A DNA stretch of 64,000 nucleotides, taken from the NCBI GenBank assembly GCA_017516865.1, contig JAFXAU010000020.1, positions 57,711-121,710 on the forward strand. The letters run 5' to 3'. Shown here in pieces: positions 49,131 to 58,109 of the stretch. The notes below the pieces were generated by a model that worked only from the letters and a program-made list of their open reading frames with translations, was not told the DNA's origin and did not search any database. Both the position numbers and the translations under genes were made by a program. Origin of the DNA: Bacteroidales bacterium (GTDB taxonomy: Bacteria; Bacteroidota; Bacteroidia; Bacteroidales; UBA1715). Within the stretch, counting starts at the first letter, position 1; every line of letters starts with the position of its first letter.

Positions 49131-49616
49131 TTATTTCTTCTTGGTTTCCACAATTTTATCGACGCAGGCAAGAGAAATTTCTGTCTCGTAGCCACGTGTC
49201 TGTCCGAAATGAATGAGTTTGCATTTCCGCTGATATTCGTCACCTATGTGCAACGATTGGTTTTTGCGTTTCAGTTGGTCGAAAATCATTTGTTCATAGT
49301 CAACCGTTGAGAAAAACGAGTCAAATGCTTCGTCAATCTCGTTTTCCTTAAAGCCACGGAGCGTAAGGTTGTAGCGGATTTTTACCCGTCCCCACTTGTT
49401 GTAGTAGAATTTTCCACGAATAAAAGAATAGATATATCGCTGTCCGTCAAGGAATTTGTCTTTATTCAACTTGTCTACGATTTTTTGAGCGGCATCGCCT
49501 GTGATTCCCCACATTAGCATTTTTTGACGGACGTCAAACTCGCTTCTTTCCATTTTTGAGCAGTACGACATTAGTTTGTCCAATGCCTGCTCAGGTGTTA
49601 ATTTTCTAACATTCAT
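49131..49616 (-). CDS. recX: Regulatory protein RecX
   Basis: 161 aa, all-helical repeat pattern. The N-terminus ...EQALDKLMSYCSKMERSEFDVRQKM is typical of Bacteroidetes RecX. The stop lies 2 nt before the prfB ATG. Confidence 0.65.
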   Translation of the reverse strand: MNVRKLTPEQALDKLMSYCSKMERSEFDVRQKMLMWGITGDAAQKIVDKLNKDKFLDGQRYIYSFIRGKFYYNKWGRVKIRYNLTLRGFKENEIDEAFDSFFSTVDYEQMIFDQLKRKNQSLHIGDEYQRKCKLIHFGQTRGYETEISLACVDKIVETKKK

Positions 49617-49617
49617 G

Positions 49618-51291
49618 TTAATCTAAATCTATAATAAAGTCATCGGTTTGCAACATCTGATTGAGTTCAATTTCCTTTTTTTCCGTTGAATGTTCAACTA
49701 CAATGGATTTTTGAACTCGCAAATATGATGGGCAAACAAATTCAACTGTGTAATTTCCTTCGTCGACTTTACATTCATAATTACCTTCTTCGTCAGGGCG
49801 AACTTCTTTAAGCACTTCGTTGGAAACGGCTTTGCGAATCTGTATTCTTGCTTTGCTGAAATCGCTTTTTCCATCTTCAAACGAAATTTTTCCTTTCAAA
49901 ACTGCAGGCACGGCAGTATTTGTAACATATTCAACTTCAAAAATATCGTATCCTCCGAAAGTGAAATAACCTTCGTTGAATGCAACTGAATAAAAGCCGA
50001 TGAGACCGTCTTTTGCTGGTTTGTAGAATTCGTTGTCGTTAGGCGTGTTGATTGGGTGTCCCAAGTTCTGTGGCTCCGACCATGCACCGTTTTCGTAAAC
50101 AGACTTGAATACGTCGTAACCGCCCATGTTGTAATGTCCTATAGATGTGAAATACAATGTTTTACCATCTTTTAACAAATATGGAGACGATTCATTATAT
50201 TCTGTATTGATGGTCGACCCCAAGTTTTGTAATTTCGACCATCCTTCGGTTTTGTCGTCGCTCTTTTTAAGTTCGCTTTTCCAAATGTCGTAGCCGCCGA
50301 AACCGCCTTCTTGATTAGAAACGACGTACAACGTTTTTCCATCATTTGAAATTGCCGCTTGCGAAATCAATGCTTTTGGAACATTGATGTTTTTCCCGAA
50401 TTTTTTCATTGGCATCCATGGCGATTTTGTGTTTTCGCGGGTGCTGTAATACAAAATTCCACCGCGTTGAATATCGCTCATGTCGGACTTTGAGGTATGG
50501 CGGCACAAAAGCATAAATGTACCTTCGTCGTTGATACTCAAAACGCTGCAATGTCCATAGGTACGCAATTCGTCGGAAATGTCAACAGGTGCCGACCAAT
50601 GTTCGCCACCAAGGAAATGTGTCGTGTAGATTCTCAATTTTGTTTCGACGGCACCGAGCGAGCCGTCTTTATATACAACTTGCAATTGTTCCAAACGGGT
50701 GAAGAACAAATCGTTTGCATCGCTTGTCGGACAAGGATTGAAGTCATTGTATTCCGTATTCAGCACATTACCGATATTATATATTTCTACAGGAACAGGT
50801 TTACGGATAATTTCCGCAGCCGTGCGACACGAAATCATTTCGCGCATGGCAAGTTTACGAGCCTGCAAATCGTTGGGCGACAAACGGTCGATGTACTGCT
50901 GGTAAGCCTCGGTACCTTCATCGTAAAATTTATTTGTATGATAACCGCGAGCCAAATAATACCAAGCAACTATCGGAGCTTTGTCTTCCGAAACGGAGCC
51001 TTCGATGTAGTCTGCGGTAACTTCCTTCACCGCTTTTTTCAAATAATTGATGGAACGACCTGCTTCGAACGGCAAACGTTGGTAGCAGACACCAATTTTA
51101 TAATTCACATTGCAGTTGTCTGGCACCAATTGAAGAACTTCCTTGTATCGTTTAAGAGCTTCTTCGTAATTTCCGTTGAAGAAATAATATTCCGCGTCCA
51201 TTCTCATGGATTTAATTTTATCTTCCTGAGTTTGCGAGAATGAAACCTCAGCGATAAAGAGCAAAGCCAATAAAATTTTTATCGTTCTCAT
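49618..51291 (-). CDS. Exported TPR + PD40 (TolB-like beta-propeller) repeat protein with a C-terminal carboxypeptidase-regulatory-like domain
   Basis: 557 aa. Signal ...AEVSFS/QTQ, TPR-like helices (NYEEALKRYKEVLQL), repeated (S/N)..(Y/F)NE.SP.(L/I)S.DGKTLYF(T/V)S motifs, and a final beta-sandwich (VLKGKISFEDG...DEEGNYECKVDEGNYTVEF). Confidence 0.7.
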   Translation of the reverse strand: MRTIKILLALLFIAEVSFSQTQEDKIKSMRMDAEYYFFNGNYEEALKRYKEVLQLVPDNCNVNYKIGVCYQRLPFEAGRSINYLKKAVKEVTADYIEGSVSEDKAPIVAWYYLARGYHTNKFYDEGTEAYQQYIDRLSPNDLQARKLAMREMISCRTAAEIIRKPVPVEIYNIGNVLNTEYNDFNPCPTSDANDLFFTRLEQLQVVYKDGSLGAVETKLRIYTTHFLGGEHWSAPVDISDELRTYGHCSVLSINDEGTFMLLCRHTSKSDMSDIQRGGILYYSTRENTKSPWMPMKKFGKNINVPKALISQAAISNDGKTLYVVSNQEGGFGGYDIWKSELKKSDDKTEGWSKLQNLGSTINTEYNESSPYLLKDGKTLYFTSIGHYNMGGYDVFKSVYENGAWSEPQNLGHPINTPNDNEFYKPAKDGLIGFYSVAFNEGYFTFGGYDIFEVEYVTNTAVPAVLKGKISFEDGKSDFSKARIQIRKAVSNEVLKEVRPDEEGNYECKVDEGNYTVEFVCPSYLRVQKSIVVEHSTEKKEIELNQMLQTDDFIIDLD

Positions 51292-51471
51292 ATCACAAAA
51301 ATTTTCCGTGTCAAATATAATAAAACTTACGTTACAGAAACAGCATTTTGATTTTTATTAAAAAAGTAAGCGTTTCACTTCAATAATTGCAAAAAATTCC
51401 GTTGCTTTGTATGGCAAAATCGAAAAAACGTAAAGTATTCGATTACAAATGTTTAACTAAATAAAAATTGT

Positions 51472-52950
51472 ATGGCTAATTATTTTAATGAAATTCCATT
51501 CCGCATTAAATTGGCAGAACTTGGAAAATGCGACTTTATGGACCGTTCGGAATTCGTAAACGGTTGCAACTATCTTAAAGGTAAAAAAGTTGTGATTTTA
51601 GGTTGTGGCGCTCAAGGTTTCAACCAAGGTTTGAATATGAGAGACAGCGGTTTGGACGTTTCGTATGCATTGCGTCAGGAAGCTATCGACCAAAAACGTC
51701 AGTCGTGGAAAAACGCTACTGAAGCTGGTTTCAAAGTTGGCACATTCGAGGAATTGATTCCTACAGCCGACTTAGTTTTGAACCTGACTCCTGACAAACA
51801 ACATACTCCAGTTCTTAAAAAAGCGCTTCCTTTGATGAAGAAAGGTGCTTGTCTTTCATACTCTCACGGTTTCAACATCGTTGAGGAAGGTACTCAAATT
51901 AGAAAAGACATCACGGTAATCATGGTTGCTCCTAAATGTCCCGGAACTGAAGTTCGTGCTGAATATGTTCGTGGTTTCGGTGTTCCTTGCTTGATAGCTG
52001 TTCACCGCGAAAACGATCCTAACGGTGACGGTATGGAAATCGCTAAGGCATACGTTTCTGCCATAGGCGGCGACCGTGCAGGCGTTCTTTCATCATCGTT
52101 CGTTGCAGAAGTGAAGTCAGACCTTATGGGTGAGCAAACTATTCTTTGTGGTATGTTGCAAACCGGTTCACTTCTTTGCTTCGACAAAATGGTTGAAAAA
52201 GGCATCAACCCGGGTTGGGCTGCAAAATTCATCCAATATGGTTGGGAAACAATCACCGAAGCACTTAAAATCGGTGGTATCACCAATATGATGGACCGCC
52301 TTTCAAATCCTGCAAAATTGAAAGCATTCTATCTTGCTGAGGAAATGAAGGAAATTATGCGTCCTTTGTACCGCAAACACATGGCTGACATCATTTCTGG
52401 CGAATTTTCAAAGACAATGATGGAAGACTGGGCTAACAACGACGTGAAATTGTTGACTTGGAGAAAAGCAACTGGCGAAACTGCTTTCGAGCAAACTCCT
52501 ATTTCAAACGACGAAATCAAAGAACAAGAATATTTCGACAAAGGCACGTTGATGGTTGCTATGGTGAAAGCCGGCGTTGAATTGGCATTCGAATCAATGA
52601 CTGAATCGGGCATCAAACCTGAATCGGCATACTATGAATCACTTCACGAAGTGCCTCTAATCGCCAACACAATCGCACGCAAGAAATTGTACGAAATGAA
52701 CAAGGTGATTTCCGACACTGCTGAATACGGCTGCTACTTGTTCGACAATGCTTGTCGTCCATTGTTGAAGGATTTCATGAGCAAAATCGACACTGACGTA
52801 ATCGGTAAGAACTACAACGACGGCAAAGACGCTCATGTTGACAATATGGAATTGGTTCGCGTAAACGCAGAAATCCGTTACCACGGTATCGAAATCGTTG
52901 GTGAAGACCTTCGTGCTGAAATGACGGCAATGAAAGAAATCATCAAATAA
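51472..52950 (+). CDS. ilvC: Ketol-acid reductoisomerase, long class II (enterobacterial-type)
   Basis: 492 aa. [23 protein letters not shown] closely parallels the E. coli IlvC N-terminus. [17 protein letters not shown] Rossmann block and a duplicated knotted C-terminal domain. Confidence 0.92.
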   Translation: MANYFNEIPFRIKLAELGKCDFMDRSEFVNGCNYLKGKKVVILGCGAQGFNQGLNMRDSGLDVSYALRQEAIDQKRQSWKNATEAGFKVGTFEELIPTADLVLNLTPDKQHTPVLKKALPLMKKGACLSYSHGFNIVEEGTQIRKDITVIMVAPKCPGTEVRAEYVRGFGVPCLIAVHRENDPNGDGMEIAKAYVSAIGGDRAGVLSSSFVAEVKSDLMGEQTILCGMLQTGSLLCFDKMVEKGINPGWAAKFIQYGWETITEALKIGGITNMMDRLSNPAKLKAFYLAEEMKEIMRPLYRKHMADIISGEFSKTMMEDWANNDVKLLTWRKATGETAFEQTPISNDEIKEQEYFDKGTLMVAMVKAGVELAFESMTESGIKPESAYYESLHEVPLIANTIARKKLYEMNKVISDTAEYGCYLFDNACRPLLKDFMSKIDTDVIGKNYNDGKDAHVDNMELVRVNAEIRYHGIEIVGEDLRAEMTAMKEIIK

Positions 52951-52990
52951 TTTGTCTATATACCCAAGGGCATAAACGCTTTTCTATGTA

Positions 52991-53024
52991 AAGTCCAATC
53001 AGAAATGGTTGGACTTTCTTTTTT
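52991..53024 (+). terminator. Rho-independent terminator after ilvC
   Basis: AAGTCCAA-tcagaaatgg-TTGGACTT followed by TCTTTTTT, 41 nt after the stop. Confidence 0.75.
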
Positions 53025-53113
53025 AGAAAGAATTGCATCGAAGACGTGTGGGTGTAAAAACACGAAGATTCGAGTTTTTTTGAATCTTCTTTTTTCGTAT
53101 TATTGCAACCGTT

Positions 53114-55087
53114 ATGCAATTCACGCTTTCGTCAAAATATAAACCCACGGGCGATCAGCCCGAAGCCATCCGCCAACTTTCGGAAGGTGTTCTTGACGGC
53201 ACAAAACATCAAGTGTTGCTGGGCGTGACGGGCTCTGGAAAGACATTCACCATAGCAAACGTGATAGAAAAAGTGCAGATGCCGACGCTCATTCTAAGTC
53301 ACAATAAAACGTTGGCCGCACAGTTGTATTCGGAATTTAAACAGTTTTTTCCGAACAATGCAGTGGAATATTTCGTTTCATACTACGATTATTACCAGCC
53401 CGAAGCATACATTCCGCAGACAAATACTTATATAGAAAAGGATTTGTCTATAAACGACGAATTGGAGAAAATGCGTCTGAGTACCACAAGTACGCTGCTT
53501 TCGGGACGGAAAGACATCATCATCGTTTCTTCTGTTTCGTGCATTTACGGTATGGGAAATCCTGCAAACTTCGAGGAGCGGGCACTTTGTTTGCGCGTGG
53601 GACAGAAAATTGCACAAGATGTGCTTCTCCGTGAATTGGTCGATGACCTCTATTCACGCAACGAGTTGGAATTCCGACGGGGAACGTTTCGCGTGAAAGG
53701 CGACACGATTGATGTGTTTGAAGCTTCGCACGACTACGGCATTCGCATTGAAATGTGGGACAACGAAATTGACCGTTTGGCGACCATAGACCCCGAAACG
53801 GGGAAAACAATCGATGAGTTGGAAGAAACCGTCATCTATCCTGCAAATCTATTCATTTCGAGCAAAGGTGGCTTTGAAAAAGCAATTCGCGACATTCAAG
53901 ACGACCTTGTGAAACAATATGATTTCTTAATCAGTATTGACAAAAAATTGGAGGCACAACGGCTTAAGGAACGTGTGGAGTATGATTTGGAGATGATTAA
54001 GGAAATAGGCTATTGCTCTGGCATTGAAAATTATTCCCGCTACTTCGACGGACGTGCCGAAGGTGTCCGTCCGTATTGTCTTTTCGACTATTTGCCGAAA
54101 GATTTTTTGTTGGTGATTGACGAAAGTCACGTTACTGTGCCGCAGATACGGGGAATGTATGGCGGAGATCACTCTCGAAAAGTCAACCTGGTCGACAATG
54201 GCTTCCGTCTTCCTGCTGCAATGGACAACAGACCTTTGAATTTTGAAGAATTTGAATCACTCTGTAATCAGGTGATATACGTCAGTGCTACGCCTGCTGA
54301 TTTTGAACTGCAAAAGTCCGAAGGGATAATCGTTGATCAGGTAATTCGTCCGACAGGCCTACTTGACCCCGAAATTGAAATTCGTCCGACTGAAAATCAA
54401 ATTGATGATTTGATTGAAGAAATTAACAAACGTGCGGAACACAATGAACGTGTATTGGTAACGACGTTAACCAAACGTATGGCGGAAGAACTGCAAAAAT
54501 ATCTGACTCGTTTGGGCATTCGCAGTGCTTACATCCATAGCGACGTTGACACGTTGGAACGTGTGGAGATTTTGGAAAATTTGCGTGCAGGCAGTTTCGA
54601 CGTGTTAGTTGGCGTAAATTTGCTCCGAGAAGGATTGGACTTGCCCGAAGTTTCGCTTGTGGCAATTCTCGACGCCGACAAGGAAGGCTTTCTCCGCAAT
54701 GAGCGCTCTCTGACCCAAACAGCTGGTCGTGCCGCCCGCAACGTGAACGGACATGTGATAATGTATGCCGACAAGATAACCGAAAGCATGCAGAAAACGA
54801 TAGACGAAACCAACCGCCGACGCGAAAAACAAATAAAATACAATACGGAACATCACATTACGCCAAAACAAATCGTGAAAGCGATAGACAACTCTTTGAA
54901 ACGTAAGGAAGAGGAAATTAAGGCGAATGTTGCCGCCGACCCGGTTGTAAAATATATGAGCAAGGACAACATCAAGAAATTGATTGAAAAGATCAAGAAA
55001 GATATGGAAGCCGCCGCAAAAGAAATGGATTTCGTTACAGCGGCTAAACTTCGAGATGAAATGTTTGAATTACAAAAGATGTTGTAA
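53114..55087 (+). CDS. uvrB: Excinuclease ABC subunit B
   Basis: 657 aa. GVTGSGKTFT Walker A, DESH box (VIDESHV), and a C-terminal UVR motif (FVTAAKLRDEMFELQK). Confidence 0.97.
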   Translation: MQFTLSSKYKPTGDQPEAIRQLSEGVLDGTKHQVLLGVTGSGKTFTIANVIEKVQMPTLILSHNKTLAAQLYSEFKQFFPNNAVEYFVSYYDYYQPEAYIPQTNTYIEKDLSINDELEKMRLSTTSTLLSGRKDIIIVSSVSCIYGMGNPANFEERALCLRVGQKIAQDVLLRELVDDLYSRNELEFRRGTFRVKGDTIDVFEASHDYGIRIEMWDNEIDRLATIDPETGKTIDELEETVIYPANLFISSKGGFEKAIRDIQDDLVKQYDFLISIDKKLEAQRLKERVEYDLEMIKEIGYCSGIENYSRYFDGRAEGVRPYCLFDYLPKDFLLVIDESHVTVPQIRGMYGGDHSRKVNLVDNGFRLPAAMDNRPLNFEEFESLCNQVIYVSATPADFELQKSEGIIVDQVIRPTGLLDPEIEIRPTENQIDDLIEEINKRAEHNERVLVTTLTKRMAEELQKYLTRLGIRSAYIHSDVDTLERVEILENLRAGSFDVLVGVNLLREGLDLPEVSLVAILDADKEGFLRNERSLTQTAGRAARNVNGHVIMYADKITESMQKTIDETNRRREKQIKYNTEHHITPKQIVKAIDNSLKRKEEEIKANVAADPVVKYMSKDNIKKLIEKIKKDMEAAAKEMDFVTAAKLRDEMFELQKML

Positions 55088-55774
55088 ATGAGTGTTTTAC
55101 GAAAGATATTGGTCGTGTTCTTGTTCTGCATGACAATGTTCAACTTGCAGGCGCAAGAGTCCGACACGTCTTCCCTCGTTATTGCACAAGATAGTCTTGT
55201 TGTTTCTGCCGATACAACCCAGATCGACACTATTCCCGAAAAATGTTTCGTTGTCGATACCGTCGGTGTTTATTCCGTTCCGTTTATTGACGAACTTATC
55301 TGCTATGCAGAAACTCATTTAGGTAAACCATATCATTATGGTTCAAGAGGGCCGAATTCATTTGACTGTTCAGGTTTTATGATTTTCATTTTTTCAAAAT
55401 TTGGTATTTCGTTAAGTTCAAGTTCTACAGCTCAATATCATGCCGCTCCAATTCGTTTCGAAGAAATTGACAGTGCACGACAATGCGATTTGATTTTTTT
55501 CATGGGCAGAAATGGGCGAAAATCGGTTGGGCATGTGGGCATGGTAGTCGATGTTGATACTGCGACACATTCCTGTCGTTTTATTCATGCAGCCACGCAT
55601 GGCGGAATTATAGAAACGAAATTTCCATCGTCTGCTTATTACAATACAAGATTTATGGGGTTTGGGCGTTATGATATTCCTGAATTTACGCCGTTTTACG
55701 ATACTGTTGTCAGAGAATGCGAAGAAACGCCTTACAAAGAAGAAACAATTGAAAATACTTCTGACGGAGACTGA
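55088..55774 (+). CDS. NlpC/P60 (C40) family cell-wall peptidase, exported
   Basis: 228 aa. Signal ...MFNLQA/QES. GKPYHYGSRGPNSFDCSGF (catalytic Cys) and GHVGMV (His). Confidence 0.85.
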   Translation: MSVLRKILVVFLFCMTMFNLQAQESDTSSLVIAQDSLVVSADTTQIDTIPEKCFVVDTVGVYSVPFIDELICYAETHLGKPYHYGSRGPNSFDCSGFMIFIFSKFGISLSSSSTAQYHAAPIRFEEIDSARQCDLIFFMGRNGRKSVGHVGMVVDVDTATHSCRFIHAATHGGIIETKFPSSAYYNTRFMGFGRYDIPEFTPFYDTVVRECEETPYKEETIENTSDGD

Positions 55775-56421
55775 GCGAATCGTGTCGCTCCCTTTGCTTG
55801 TAGAAATTCTCGTTTCCTGAATCCCCATAGCACAGAAATACATTCAACACCAGCGTTTTGTGCCGTTGCAATGTCAACATCGGAATCGCCCACGTAGACG
55901 CATTCATTTTTCTCCACTCCAAGATGTTCAAGAGCCTTTAGAACCATGTCGGGTGCGGGTTTTCTTCGGATACCTGCCAATTCGTTTTCGCCCAATGCAA
56001 TGTCAATGCAATCGGAGAAAAACTCTTTGTGTAAAATAAGCACTTCGCGATGAGGTTTATTCGATACAATTGCGGTTTTAAAACCTGCTTGTTTCAAATC
56101 CTTCAATAGATTTAGTATACCGTCATATGGTTTGGATTTGTCTTTACAATGAACGCAATAATGACTGCGAAAAGCCGACAATGTTTTTGCAAGTAGTTCG
56201 TCGTCAAATAGTTCTGAATGATTGATTTCGTGTAAAGCCGCTTTGAGAGACAAAACCAACAAAACCCTGATTCCATTTCCGACAAAATCATTTATTTCAT
56301 CCATGGAACGAGGCGGTAAATTCAACGTCGACAAAGCATGATTGACGCTTGCGGCAATATCGGGCAACGTGTTCATGAGCGTTCCGTCCAAATCGAATAT
56401 GACAGTATTACATTTATTCAT
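55732..56421 (-). CDS. HAD-superfamily phosphatase (phosphoglycolate phosphatase-like)
   Basis: MNKCNTVIFDLDGTLMNT (DxDGT), SNKP and GDSDVD motifs. ATG 56421 preferred over TTG 56442. Confidence 0.8.
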   Translation of the reverse strand: MNKCNTVIFDLDGTLMNTLPDIAASVNHALSTLNLPPRSMDEINDFVGNGIRVLLVLSLKAALHEINHSELFDDELLAKTLSAFRSHYCVHCKDKSKPYDGILNLLKDLKQAGFKTAIVSNKPHREVLILHKEFFSDCIDIALGENELAGIRRKPAPDMVLKALEHLGVEKNECVYVGDSDVDIATAQNAGVECISVLWGFRKREFLQAKGATRFAQSPSEVFSIVSSL

Positions 56422-57937
56422 TGGTAACAGAAGCTGGTTCAAAATTCAGTTCTTGTAATTCTTCTTCGGTATAATCGGGAACTTCTTCTTCTGGCGAAGT
56501 CATCCAATGGGAGTTTCGTTGCAGGAATGCGTAATATTCATAGTAGTGCCAGATGGTGTGCATGAAAATTTCGGCGATACGTTTTGCTCCTTGCGGAGTA
56601 AAATGAATGTAATCGGGCGCAGCCCACGCTGGTTGGTGCGAAACCCATTGAATCATAGAATTTCGTCCTCCCATCACTTCGAACATATTCCAAAACGCCG
56701 CACCGTTTTCGACCGCCGCCTCTTTCATTGCTCTCACAACCTCTTCGACAAACGGATAAGTCTGCAATTCGCCATCAACCTTAGTAGACATGTCGGCTGG
56801 ACCAATAACCAAAATTACTGCATCGGGATAAATTCGTTGTAAATATTGAATTTGACGGGCAAAATCTTTCTTATAATTTTGAACAGACTGCTCCGAAGTT
56901 ATTGCCGGAACTGCATTTCCGCCGAATTCCATTATGATTAGCGGAACTTTTAGCCGCGACATGGATTCTTTCAACAGCGATGACGAAATTCCTGTGAAAA
57001 ACGTTCCCGCACTTCCTCGTAATGGAATATTGTCGACAACCACGCCCGAAGAACTTTCGAGCGATACGGCATACAATTCGGCAGTCCCTTGCAAACGCAA
57101 CGTACAAGAGTTGACGAAACTTTTCAGCGACCACGAAAGTTCCGTCAGACCAAATGTTTCGTCTTCAATCACAAGCGTGGAATCTTTCCCGTTTGCCGAA
57201 AGTGTTGCTTTGAAGCCAGCCTTGTTGTTCCCGAGGAACAGACGGATTCGTGAGAATTTTTTCGTTCTTTCAAACACCTGCGACCAATCTCGAGAAGTAT
57301 ATGTAAGTGTCACCGAGCCGTTCAGTTCCGCCATTTGAGCCAAAACGCCGTAACGGCTGTGAGGTAGTTTTTGCCGCAATGTTCCCGAGGCGACATAGCG
57401 TGGTAGGCTGTCGGAAAATACTTGGCTGACTGCCGTAGTTTGGAACAACGGCATGATAGGCAAAAGTCCCGTTCCGTTTCCTCCGAACCGTTCTTGTAAT
57501 TCCTGACGGATATATCCCGAAATTCTGTCTAGCTCAATTTGCGAATCGCCATAGTGAAGAACGTGCAGCGTCCCTTTTGTGTTTTCTTCAAAAGCTTGAA
57601 AGACTTTGTCTAACAAATGCGGATCGTTATTGGGAAAACTGAGTCTGGCAACGCTTGCCGTGTCAAACGAAGTGTAGAAACGGAGAGAATCGACAAAAGC
57701 AAGCGAGTCGGCATTTGCCAAATCGTCGGAAATACTGTCCATAGTTGCAACAAAGTCACTTTCGACTCCACGAAGAGATTCCTCAAGATTTCCTTGATGC
57801 GATTTTACGGCAAATACTTCTTCAAGCGAAGGGAAATGCAGTGTCAAGTCAATTCCCTTTTTCGGGAACACAAGACACAACAAAGCCAACAAGCAAAAAA
57901 CGCCAGCAATGAAAAGTATTATATGAAAATTCTTCAT
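56414..57937 (-). CDS. Membrane-anchored SGNH/GDSL-like hydrolase family protein
   Basis: 507 aa. N-terminal TM followed by HYGDSQIE (GDS block). A second half carries EFGGNA and the C-terminal DYIHF (DxxH-like) block. Confidence 0.6.
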   Translation of the reverse strand: MKNFHIILFIAGVFCLLALLCLVFPKKGIDLTLHFPSLEEVFAVKSHQGNLEESLRGVESDFVATMDSISDDLANADSLAFVDSLRFYTSFDTASVARLSFPNNDPHLLDKVFQAFEENTKGTLHVLHYGDSQIELDRISGYIRQELQERFGGNGTGLLPIMPLFQTTAVSQVFSDSLPRYVASGTLRQKLPHSRYGVLAQMAELNGSVTLTYTSRDWSQVFERTKKFSRIRLFLGNNKAGFKATLSANGKDSTLVIEDETFGLTELSWSLKSFVNSCTLRLQGTAELYAVSLESSSGVVVDNIPLRGSAGTFFTGISSSLLKESMSRLKVPLIIMEFGGNAVPAITSEQSVQNYKKDFARQIQYLQRIYPDAVILVIGPADMSTKVDGELQTYPFVEEVVRAMKEAAVENGAAFWNMFEVMGGRNSMIQWVSHQPAWAAPDYIHFTPQGAKRIAEIFMHTIWHYYEYYAFLQRNSHWMTSPEEEVPDYTEEELQELNFEPASVTNE

Positions 57938-58074
57938 ACGCCGATTTTAGGCAAAAGTACAAAACAAACTATACGAACGAAAACATTTTGACGGAGAAAA
58001 AACTTATGAACAACTTATTTGTATTCTTTTAATAAGTTTAAACCTTCCAAAGCAGTATTAGTAAAATAATAAAG

Positions 58075-58082
58075 TATATTTG
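58075..58082 (+). promoter_or_regulatory. Bacteroidetes-type -7 box TAnnTTTG (TATATTTG)
   Basis: Exact consensus match, 27 nt upstream of ATG 58110. Confidence 0.45.
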
Positions 58083-58109
58083 CCGCCATAAAAATTGGTT
58101 TTTACGATT

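Noticed and set aside
50497-51243. A 248-aa ORF on the + strand.
   Set aside because: It is antisense to the TPR/PD40 gene, whose repeats and signal peptide give much stronger coding evidence.
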